A stretch of DNA of 64,000 nucleotides from Felis catus. Taxonomy: Eukaryota. The translations under genes and the position numbers were made by a program. Positions 53,901-64,000 of the stretch are shown here, in pieces. Location of the stretch: NCBI RefSeq assembly GCF_018350175.1, contig NC_058368.1, positions 143,904,001-143,968,000 of the forward strand. The letters run 5' to 3'. Under the pieces are notes generated by a model. The model had not been told where the DNA came from. It was given only the letters and a program-made list of their open reading frames with translations, and searched no databases. How positions within the stretch are numbered: position 1 is the stretch's first letter; each line of letters starts with the position of its first letter.

Positions 53901-55179
53901 AAAATTATTAAACAACAAAAAAAGAAAGAATAAGAAGCCCTCTTGTTCATGTGAACCTTCTGTTTCTGCCACACCTGTTTCATTTCTTGCACCAGGACAG
54001 CAGAGACTGCCAGTTGTCTATCCCAATACCTTTCATCCTCTCTAAGAACTCTCAAATCAGACAAAATCAACACAAGAAAAGAACTTTAACATTCTATCTC
54101 CTTTATGCACATACATGGAGAATTCCATAATGAAATACAAGCATCACTTCCACTTAAATTCCATTGGCCAGAACATATAGTCACATGACCACATCTAGAA
54201 GCAGAGATCACTGGGAAATACAATCTTTACTCCAGGAAGTCTTGTGCCCAAATAAAAAATCGTCTCCTTTCCTTCCAGACAGCAACAAGATCAAGGTAAG
54301 CAAGTTCCTCACTGTGCCCATCTGTGATGTGCATTTACTTCTGGTTTACCCTTATATAAAGATCTTACCATTTCGCAGACCTGGCTTTATAGAGAAGTCT
54401 TCTATTAGACTCTGAGAGGGTTTTGTCACTTATCCTCCTGTATTCTACCCAACAGCCAAAGCTGAAGTTCAAATTTACCTGGATTTGGAGATGCCCTGAG
54501 AGAAAAATCTGGTTTCCTGCTTCCTTTGAGTGTTCACTTTCCTTTCTGTCTTTTTTCTCTTTTTTAAGATTTTATTTTTGGGGGCCCTGGGTGGCTCAGT
54601 CGGCTAAGTGTCCAACTCTTAATTTTGGCTCAGGTCATAATCTCACAGTTCATGAGATCCAGCCCCGTGTCGGGCCCTGCAGTGATGGTGCCGAGCCTGC
54701 TTGGGATTCTCTCTTTCCCTCTCTCTCTGTCCCTCTCCTACTCTCTCTTTCTCAATAAATAAATAAAAATTAAAAAAAATTAAATAGAGGCACCTGAGTG
54801 GCTCAGTCAGTTAAGCATCTGACTTTGGCTCGAACTCACAAACTGTGAGATCATGACCTGAGCCGAAGTTGGATGCTCAACCGACTGAACCACCCAGGTG
54901 CCCCTAAAAAAATTTTTTAATGATAAAAAAAGATTTTATTTTTAAGTAATCTCTATACCCAACTTGGGGCTCAAATTTACAACCCTGAGATTAAGAGTTT
55001 CATGCTCCATCAAATGAGTCAGCCAGGTACCCCTTTCCTTTCTCTTTTGAATTAATTTTAGTTTTACCAGTTCAGCAATACAGTTACATAATTTTTTAAA
55101 TGTTTACTCCAGCATGCATAATTGTTTTACTGGGAAGTTTGTCCAGGGTGTCTGGACAGCATCCTAATCAAGTGGAAGT

Positions 55180-55835
55180 TATTTTTAGAAGTTTATTAAA
55201 TATAACTTCAAAGGACAGCTAATCTTCATTCTATACAAATTACTTCAAAAAATAGGAAAGAAAGAAAGTTACACAACTCATTTTCAAAACTTGTGTAACC
55301 CTGATACCCAAACCAGGCAAGGTCAGCACAGAAAAAAAGAAAATTAAAAATCACTGTCACTCGTAAACAATGATGGAATTGCCTCTGGAATTTTCAGTCA
55401 AATGAGCCAATAAATTCTCTTTTGTGCTTAAAACATTGTTTATAGGGGTGCCTGGCTGGCATAGTTGGTGGAGCATGAAACTCTTGAACTCACAATGTGG
55501 GTTCAAGCCCCATGCTGGCTGTAGAGATTACTCAAAAATAAAATATTTAAAATATAAAAAAATAAAAATAAATAAAACAGTGTTTATAAACATAGATGGA
55601 AAAGTCCTGAATAAAATACAAGCAAATCCAATTCAATGGTGTATTAAAAAAAAACATGATTTCAAAATAATTCAAGGATGGTTTAATATTAGAAAATCTA
55701 TCTATATAATTTACCAGATTAACAACTTTAAGGAGAAAACCACATGATCCTTCCCTTGATGCAGAAAACACATTTGATGAAAGTCAACGCTCATGACAGA
55801 TTAGAAATAGAAGAAAACTTCCTTAACCAACAAAA
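55180..55835 (+). mobile_element. Old L1 ORF2 RT-region fragment
   Basis: [27 protein letters not shown] in ORF 55424-55747. Confidence 0.85.
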
Positions 55836-57888
55836 GCACTCTACCTGGGGCTCATTTGTAATGTGTTAAAATCTGCATAATCAGGGGTGCCTGGGTGGCT
55901 CAGTTGACTAAGTCTCCAACTCTTGATTTCAGCTCAGGCCACAATCTCATGGTTACTGAGTTTGAGCCCCACATCTCGCTCTGCACTGATGATGTGAAGC
56001 CTGCTTGGGATTCTCTCTACCTCTCTCTCTCTGTCCCTTCCCTGCTTGAGTATGCACAAACTCTCTCTCTTTTTTTTTTTAAATCAGCATAATTAGACAC
56101 CCTAGAATTGGCTCTGACTTTGGCATGAAAGAAGCACCAGGAAAGTGTCAGGCTGCCTGTCCAGATCTAGGTACCATGGCATGATTCATTCCTCTCAAGT
56201 GAACAATTTCTCCCAAGTCATGTCATCCCAGAAAAGCAGTGAAACTATTTTCAGGTTTCTCCCTGTTCCTTCAGTCTGGACACTAACCCCTGATCACTGA
56301 ATGGCCCCAGAATGCCAAATGTGGAGGCAGCCCTTATGATCATCTAGCTCAGTCTACTTACCCTACAGTGATCTCTCTGAAGCTCAGGGTAGAATGCCCA
56401 AAGTAAAATGCCAGAGATCAGCTTGCTCAGCTATTGGCATGTGAAGAGGTGGGACCAGGCCTGACACCTCATCCCATTCTCTTCACACTTCCCTCTCATT
56501 AGCAAAAATAAACTCTTCTCAATTTCTTATGTACCTTATCCATCATCTCTTTTAAATATTTTGGGCCTCTAGGGGCACCTGGTTGGCTTAGTCATAGAGC
56601 ATGTGACTCTTGATCTCAGGATCTTGAGTTCAAGCCCCATGTTGGGCTTGGAGCCTGCTTAAAATAAAAGTATATTTATTTTGGGATTCTCTGGATACTC
56701 ATGGTGTTGGGGGTTTACCTTTTATCTTGAACAGTAATATGGGACAGGCTGGAGGAAGGGGAAGGCCAATGGGATTGGGATTAAACTAAAAAATTTCCCA
56801 GGAGGAAGGCAATTTCTATTTTTTGGGTCATTCTAGGAAGGGGAGTTCACACTGCAGGGGGCAGGAGGTATAGGCCACTATGTTTGATTGTACACGTTGT
56901 AAATGGTGTATCTTTAGGAAACACCAGTGACATCATATTTACCATAGATTTGAGCACGTGTTATAACCAACTTGGGTCGGAGGGCAGGAAAGCATCGTGG
57001 AAGGAGACAACTGCATCGTTTTAAATGTTTTTAATTTATTTTTAAGTAAGCTCTACACCCAACATGGGCTTGAACTCACACCCCAGGATCAAGAGTCATA
57101 TGCTCTAATGGCTGAGCCAGCCATGCACCCCAGGAGTGCTTGTTTCTAATTCCCACACAGGTGCTACTGAGTAACCTGTACTGCTGAGGAGAGGGTCTGA
57201 CTGTAGCAGGGCTAGAATAAGATCTGGGGAAGGACTAGCCATGCCTGATTCTGGAATAAAGATCTGGGTGCCAGTCCCAGATGCAATACTACAGGAAGTT
57301 CTGGGACACCAACAGATCCTGAGTTCTAGCTCTTTCTTCTCCTGGACTTTTCTTCTCACCTGGCTCTGGTAGGAATTAACTTCAACAAGTATATCCCCTG
57401 CCTGGTCCCACCTAGGCTCCTTTTTCTGGAGCCTGCTAGCTTCAGCCTTCTGTTCTCTCTGACACATCGCTGTCCCACACTATAGTCTCCATAGCCTGAA
57501 TTTCTTTTTTCTTTTCAAAAAATTTTTAATGTTTATTTATTTCTGAGACAGAGAGACACAGATCATGAGTGGGGGCGGGGCAGAGAGAGAGGGAGACAGA
57601 ATCAGAAGCAGGCTCCAGGCTCTGAGCTGTCAGCACAGAGCTCAACACAGGGCTCAAACTCACAAACCGTGAGATCATGACCTGAGCCGAAGTTGGTCAC
57701 TCAACCAACTGAGCCACCCAGGTGCCCCTCAATTTTTTAAAAGTAAACTCTACCTCCAGCATGGGGCTTGAACTCATGACCCTGAGATCAAGAGTTGCAT
57801 ACTCAACCAACTGAGCCAGCCAGGAGTGCTTCTCTACCCTGTTTTTCTTTCTCATCTTTCTTTCTTTTTTTCTTTCTTTCTTTCTTTT

Positions 57889-57920
<32 letters not shown>

Positions 57921-58135
57921 TTTAATTTTTTTTTAACGTTTATTTATTTTTGAGACAGAGAAAGAGAGCGTGAAAAGGGGAGGGTCAGGGAAAGAGAGAG
58001 ACACAGAATCTGAAACAGGCTCCAGGCTCCGAGCTGTCAGCACAGAGCCCCACACGGGGCTTGAACTCACAGACCACGAGATCATGACCTGAGCCGAAGT
58101 CGGACGCTTAACCGACTGAGCCACCCAGGCGCCCC

Positions 58136-58143
58136 TCTTTTCT

Positions 58144-58190
<47 letters not shown>

Positions 58191-58215
58191 CTCTTTCTTT
58201 CTCTCTTTCTTTCTC

Positions 58216-58247
<32 letters not shown>

Positions 58248-58250
58248 TTC
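58136..58250. repeat. (TTTC)n microsatellite (a second tract at about 57845-57921)
   Basis: Read directly; the two tracts flank a SINE. Confidence 0.9.
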
Positions 58251-58774
58251 CATAGCCTGGTTTTTGTTTTAATTTTATGTTAATGTTTATTTATTTTTGA
58301 GAGAGACAGTGTGAGTGGCGAAGGGCAGAGAGAGAGGGAGACACACAGATTCTGCAACAGGCTCCAGGCTCCAGGCTCTGAGCTGTCAGCACAGAACCTG
58401 ATGCGGGGCTCAAACTCACAAACCGTGAGATCATGACCTAAGTTGAAGTCGGATGCTTAACCAACTGAGCCATTCAGGCACCCCCATACCCTGGTTTTTA
58501 ATAAGTGTCTTGGGAATCTAGAACTGCCTTACTAGGAAGTAATTACTTGGCATTTTCTTTAGGAGGAATGTTTCTGTACATAATGAGGAAAAGATATGAA
58601 GTGATTAGCAGCACACTGTGCAGAAATTTAAAAACCTCTTGGGGGAAAAAAGAAATTCTCAAATAATTGTCAGATTATCAATAGATCATCAGAGCTACAA
58701 AGAAGGTTTTTAAGGAACCCAAGATACAAATAAGAATCACTTTGAAGAAGTGGGTTTAAAGATGCAATCAAAGT

Positions 58775-58994
58775 GGGGAGCCTGGGTGGCTCAGTCTGTT
58801 GAGTGTCTGACTTCAGCTCAGGTCATGGTCTCACAGTCTGTGAGTTTGAGCACCACATCGAGTTCTGTGTGTACAGCTCAGAGCCTGGAGCCTGCATTGG
58901 ATTCTGTGTCTCCCTCTCTCTCTGCCCCTCCCCTGCTCATGCTCTGTCTCTCTGTCTCAAAAATAAATAAAAACATTAAAAAAAATTTTAAAAC
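58775..58994 (+). mobile_element. Can-SINE inserted in the TANGO1/SPZ1-like pseudogene
   Basis: 15-bp TSD AAGATGCAATCAAAG at 58759-58773 and 58995-59009. Removing the SINE restores FKDAIKGIDGTNQM. Confidence 0.92.
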
Positions 58995-60277
58995 AAGATG
59001 CAATCAAAGGGATTGATGGAACAAATCAGATGTCAGTGGTAAATCCACTTGTTATTTTAGGCCTCCCCAAACAGGAATGTAAATAGCCAGGATAAAATAT
59101 AACAATGCCAAATCTTAGTGAAAATATTACTGGTTTTTACAAGGGCTTTTGCAAACTTTCGGAGATACAAAGAACCTTTAATGAAGTTAGTCTAAGTAAA
59201 GGGACAAAACCTGAATTCTGAGGGTTAAAAAGAATACACTGGACTTCAGAGACTTAGACACTTGCAACTGGAAACAGAAAACTGAAATGAGCTCCGTGAT
59301 CTCATGAAACACTGTCAGAAACTTCCAAAAGACATAGCAAGTGCCCTTGCTCACAAAGAAAATGAATTTCAAGTTTTGAGTAATGGCATTGCGCAGCTGA
59401 AATAGCTGGCAGGTAACCAGACTGAGAAGTTAAAAAACAGATGATAGATGGCTCACAAAAGGAACTTTTGTTAACGTTGGTTGAAAAAGATAAAGGCCAT
59501 TTCCAGTCCAAACTGAGCACTGAATTGCTAGCTCGGCAAGGGCTGGAAAACAGAGAAGTTGGAACACAAATCTTATTCACTGCTTTAAGCCAAAACTCTG
59601 CTGGAAAATGAATACAAAACTTTGCATCAGAAAGCTGATATACTTAATAAACTCTGAGCAGAAAGGCAGCATTCTTCCAAAGACGGTTTTTCAAGAGGAT
59701 TAAGAATGGGAAGAGACAAAACAGAAATATCAGCTAGAAAGTAAGTAAAATTCTACAAGCAGAAAATTCAAGAGATGGAGAGTAAAGCACAGAAAACAAA
59801 GATCTTATGAAACCCAGATTTCTCTTCATGATAACAACGGTCATGACAGTTGACTGATTGCCTGCACTGCAGAATGAGCTCTAGGGAGAAGATACAAGCA
59901 CCTAGTCCAAAACACATATTAATATGTGTGTATCAAAAGATTATAATTTTTCAACAGCCAGGGAATGTCCAACCAACAACAGGAAGACCATAATAATAGA
60001 AACCTTCAAAGAGAGATTTAGTGTTCCTAGATAGGTCTTTTGGTCCATCCTTGAAACTAGTGAAAGCCTCTATTTTGACTGATACCATATCCACCTGGAA
60101 TCTCTTACTCCTGTCTCAACGGAATAGGTGTGTTAAAGTGAATCTGGGTCTGTCAGTGGTCCTATATCTGGTCCTCGGAGGTCATTTTGAGTATCTCAAA
60201 TAAGATCTATTTCTTATCTGCATCTCTGTATAGTGTCAACAAAATATCTTATCATGGAAACTCACCAAGATCTCACA

Positions 60278-60720
60278 TTTACTCATATATTCCACAAACA
60301 ATTGTGTCTTTCATGAGTTAGGGATTTACGAGTGTCAGAGATAGACAAGGAACAAGACAAAATTCTTGCCTTTGTAGACCTTACCTTCTAACAAAGAAAA
60401 CAGGTAAGTAATAAAGTGATAATATAATGCCAGGCAGGGATAAGGGCTGCAAAAGACAACGACACAGTGTAAAGGGGTAATCCTAGGAGCACCACTTTAT
60501 ATATGGTGATCAGAGAAGGCTGCACTAAGGAGATAAAATTTGGGCAGAGAGACATGAGTAGAGAAAGAGAGTGAAGGTCCTAGAAAGATCCTCCCAGGCA
60601 GAGGGAATAGCCAGTGCAAAGGCCTTGAGCCAGAATCATGTTTGATATATTGGAGAAACAGCAGATGTTTCAGGCAGAGAATGGTATGTTTGAAGGGTGA
60701 GAGCTGAGAGGTGAGAACTG
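60278..60720 (-). mobile_element. L2 LINE 3' fragment
   Basis: AAGACAAAATTCTTGCC..CTTACCTTCTA and CCAGGCAGAGGGAATAGCCAGTGCAAAGGCCTTGAG are characteristic L2 motifs. Confidence 0.7.
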
Positions 60721-60769
60721 AGAATGAACATACTGCGTTCTCATATGTATGAGGGAATAAAATTTGTTT

Positions 60770-60981
60770 TTTTTTTTTCAACGTTTATTTATTTTTGGGA
60801 CAGAGAGAGACAGAGCATGAACGGGGGAGGGTCAGAGAGAGAGGGAGACACAGAATCTGAAACAGGATCCAGGCTCTGAGCCATCAGCCCAGAGCCCGAC
60901 GCGGGGCTCAAACTCACGGACCGCGAGATCGTGACCTGGCTGAAGTCGGACGCTTAACCGACTGCGCCACCCAGGCGCCCC
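60770..60981 (-). mobile_element. Young feline Can-SINE
   Basis: Reverse complement of the same subfamily, CpGs intact. Confidence 0.95.
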
Positions 60982-61999
60982 TACAATTTCTTTTTTTTTT
61001 TAATTTTTTAAAGTTTATTTATTTTTTAGAGAGAGAGAGCACAAGCAGGGGAGGGGCAGAGGCAGAAGGAGACAGAGAATCTAAAGCAGGCTCCGGGCTC
61101 TGACCATCAGCACAGAGCCGGACCCAGAGCTCAAACCCACAAGCCATGAGATCATGACCTGAGCCGAAGTTGGATGCCCAACCAATGGAGCCATCCAGAC
61201 GCCCCGAGGGAATCAAATTTCTAATGGCTCCAAGATCAGGAGAAGCTATTGGAAGGCTAAACCCCTGGTTGATGTTATTGTGTGTTCTAAGTCATGTTAA
61301 AGAATTGGAACTTTAGTCTTATATTATTATCATATGTTGAGTCCTCACTACATGTCAGACAACGTAATAAAATCTTTACTAGGATTTTCTCACTTCATCC
61401 TCCTGAATATCCTATGAGCTAAGAACCAATGTTATTTCAGTTTTATAGATGAGAAAATTGAGTCACAAAGTGAATAAGTAATTTGACCAAGGACCCAGAG
61501 CTAATAAATAGTAAAGATCCCATGTCAACTTGAGTCTCAAGGCTGAACTCTTATCCTCCACTATTCTGCATATTTTAATGATCTCTGTGACTGAGTATAA
61601 TGGAGGATATAGAGGGGGAAAAATCCCATTAGAGGCAGAGGTTAAAGGGAGAGATGATAGTAATGGGGCCTTGGTAAATCAGAGTTGAATTGAGAAGAAA
61701 GAGTTGGAAGATTGAGAGAGATTTTGTAAGTGGAATGGTTGGGATTTGGTATTTTATTGAATCCAAAGAGGGAGGGAGGAGTCAAAGATTATTTCCAGAT
61801 TTCTGCTTTATGAAGCTCTGTGGGTACAATTTAAGAAGAAACCAAACAGGAAGAGCAGCTTGGAGCTTGAGGAGAAGATGGTGAGTGCTCATGGATTAAG
61901 AATGGCAGAATAAGGACTTCTGAAAATCCACTCCTTTATGTAAGCAAAAATATTTCTTGAAAAAAATTGCCAAACTCTGGAAACTAACCAGAATTAGTT

Positions 62000-63345
62000 T
62001 TTTTTTAAGTTTTTATTTTAATTCCAGTTAGTTAACATACAGTGTTATATTAGTTTCAGGTGTATGATATAGTGATTCAATAATTCCGTATATTATCCAG
62101 TGCTCATTATGACAAGTGCACTCCTCAGTCCCCATCATGTATTTAATTCATCCCTCCACCTTCCTCACCATCAGTTTCTCTATAATTAAGAGTCTGTTTC
62201 TTTGTCTCTCTTTCTCTCTTTCTTTTTCACCCTTTGCTCATTTGTTTCTTAAATTCCACATGTGAGTAAAATCATATGGTATTTATCTTTCTCTGACTCA
62301 TTTTGCTTATCATTATAATCTCTAGCTCCGCCTATATTGTTGCAAATGGCAGGATTTGATTTTTATGTATATATACACCATACCTTCTTTATCCATTCAT
62401 TAATCAGTGGACACTTCGGCTGCTTCCATATCTTGGCTATTGTAAATAATGCTGCTATAAACTTAGGGGTGCAGGTATCCCTTTGAATTAGTGTTTTTTC
62501 ATTCTTTCGGTAAATGCTGAAAAGTGCAATTACTGGATTGTAGGATAGCTTTATTTTTAACTTTTTGAGGGAACTCCATACTATTTTCCAGAGTGGCTGC
62601 ACCATTTTGCATTCCCACCAATAGTGCATGAGGTCTCCCCTTTCTCCACATCCTCACTAACCCCTGTTGTTTCTCGTGTTGTTGATTTTAGCCATTCTAA
62701 CAAGTGTGCAGTGATATCTCATTATGGTTTTGATTTACATTTCCCTGATGTTAAGTGATGATGAACATCTTTTCATGTGTCTGTTGGCTATCTGTATGTC
62801 TTCTTTGGATAAATGTCTGCTCGTGTCTTCTATCCATTTTTATTATTTATTTATTTATTTTAACGTTTTTATTTTATTTTTGACAGAGACACAGAGTGAG
62901 AGTGGGGGAGGGGCAGAGAGAGACGAGACATAATCTGAAGCAGGCTCCAGGCTCTGAGGTGTCAGCACAGACCCTGATGCGGGGCTCAAACCCTCAAGCC
63001 ATGAGATCATGACCTGAGCTGAAGTCGGACGCTTAACCGACTGAACCACATAGGTGCCCCTCTTCTGTCCATTTTTAAATTGGATTATTTGTTTTTTGGG
63101 TGTTGAGTGTGATAAGTTCTTTATAGATTTTATCTAATATGTCAATTGCAAATATCTTCTCCCATTCTGTAGGTTGTCTTTTAACTTTTGTTAATTGTTT
63201 CCTTCACTGCACAAGATTATTATTTTGATGTAGTCCCTATAGTTTCTTTTTGCTTTTGTTTTCCTTGCCTTGGGAGACATATCTAGAAAGAAGTTGCTAT
63301 GGCTTTGTCAAAAAAGTTATTGCCTGTGTTCTTTTCTAGGATTTT
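62000..63345 (-). mobile_element. Carnivore L1 3' end with a SINE insertion
   Basis: ORF 62363-62629, WWECKMVQPLWK..CTPKFIAALFTIAKIWKQPKCP, is the L1 ORF2 C-terminus. Confidence 0.92.
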
Positions 63346-63769
63346 TTTTTGATGTGAGAAATATTACTTTTAATGGAATATTATTTTTTAATGGAATACA
63401 ATTTTTTACCCAAAAGTTGGTTTCAAACAATATAATTGTGACATTGTGTTCTTAATTATGCCCTCATTTTAGAATTCTTATATTGCAAAATTGCTGTATA
63501 TATCTTTTTTAATTTAATTTTTTTTATTTTTTTATTTTTTTGGTTTTTTTTAAGAATTTTTTTAACGTTTTTATTTATTTTTGAGACAGAGAGACACAGA
63601 GCGTGAATGGGGGAGGGGCAGAGAGAGAGGGAGACACAGAATCGGAAGCAGGCTCCAGGCTCTGAGCCATCAGCCCAGAGCCCCACGCGGGGCTCAAACT
63701 TACGGAGTGCGAGATCGTGACCTGAGCTGAAGTCGGACGCTTAACTGACTGAGCCACCCAGGCGCCCCT

Positions 63770-64000
63770 TTAATTTAATTTTTTTTTAATTTACATCCAA
63801 ATTAGTTAGCATATAGTGCAACAATGATTTCAGGAGTAGATTCCTAGTGCCCCTTACCCATTTAGCCCATCCCCCCTCCTACAACCCCTCCCATAACCCT
63901 GTTTGTTCTCCATATTTAAGAGTCTCTTCTGTTTTGTCCCCCTCCCTGTTTTTATATTATTTTTGTTTCCCTTCCCTTATGTTCATCTGTTTTGTTTCTT
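63770..64000 (-). mobile_element. Young feline L1 3'UTR (continues beyond the window)
   Basis: Poly(T), then TTTACATCCAAATTAGTTAGCATATAG; homologous to the L1 3'UTR at about 45000-45520. Confidence 0.8.

Larger units (their letters stand above)
57400..60270 (+). pseudogene. Ancient processed pseudogene of the TANGO1 (MIA3) membrane/cytosolic region, SPZ1-like; interrupted by 5 SINEs
   Basis: Frameshift-tolerant translation gives collinear blocks: TALLGS..GIFFRRNV (58523-58575), QHTVQKFKNLLGE (58609-), FKDAIKGIDGTNQM across a SINE, LSEIQRTFNEVSLS, KDIASALAHKENEFQVLSNGIAQL (59328-59399), LLENEYKTLHQKADILNKL (59598-), [20 protein letters not shown] (59754-), RSFGPS (60033-60050) and SESGSVSGPISGPRRS (60137-). 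These match recalled MIA3 segments in order, with no introns and many stops and frameshifts. Confidence 0.8.
2140..63768. mobile_element. Many dozens of further Can-SINE copies on both strands, long and short forms, spread through the window except the CpG island
   Basis: Recurrent GGGGCGCCTGGGTGGCTCAGTCGGTTAAG head, e.g. 5473, 8686, 11577, 13280-13488(-), 15375-15590(-), 20086, 36897, 44570-44771(-), 47715-47916(-), 50971 and 63570-63768(-). Confidence 0.95.

Noticed and set aside
57933..58253. KKER-repeat ORF
   Set aside because: Translation of (TTTC)n plus a SINE.
57400..60270. An intact functional SPZ1 or MIA3 gene
   Set aside because: Numerous stops, frameshifts and SINE insertions; no long ORF.
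5484..63757. Recurrent MAQSVKRPTSAQVMISRSVSSSP..LSLSQK ORF family
   Set aside because: These are translations of Can-SINEs, not a gene family.
2453..63768. tRNA genes
   Set aside because: The A/B-box tRNA-like sequences are all SINE heads followed by SINE bodies and A tails.
1..64000. CRISPR arrays or other prokaryotic systems
   Set aside because: Mammalian DNA; there is no repeat-spacer array, and the dispersed repeats are SINEs and LTRs.

Overview
Felid genomic DNA (domestic cat or a close relative, judged from abundant tRNA-derived Can-SINEs of the feline type). It covers the 5' end of SERINC5, a retroviral restriction factor, on the minus strand. A CpG island and promoter lie at about 30.6-32.45 kb, and coding exon 1 (MSAQCCAGQ) is at 31808-31834. 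Bases 1-31807 are intron 1, and exon 2 is not in the window. The rest is mostly SINEs, L1/L2/MIR fragments, solo ERV LTRs, DNA-transposon relics and microsatellites. The main finding is an ancient, intronless, SINE-interrupted pseudogene at about 57.4-60.27 kb on the + strand. It is collinear with the membrane, coiled-coil and proline-rich part of TANGO1 (MIA3), yet in places is closer to SPZ1, the testis gene that neighbours SERINC5 in human. This suggests SPZ1 is a domesticated TANGO1 retrocopy and that this is its dead sister copy. All protein comparisons are to sequences recalled from memory and need database confirmation. Repeat boundaries and family names are approximate.
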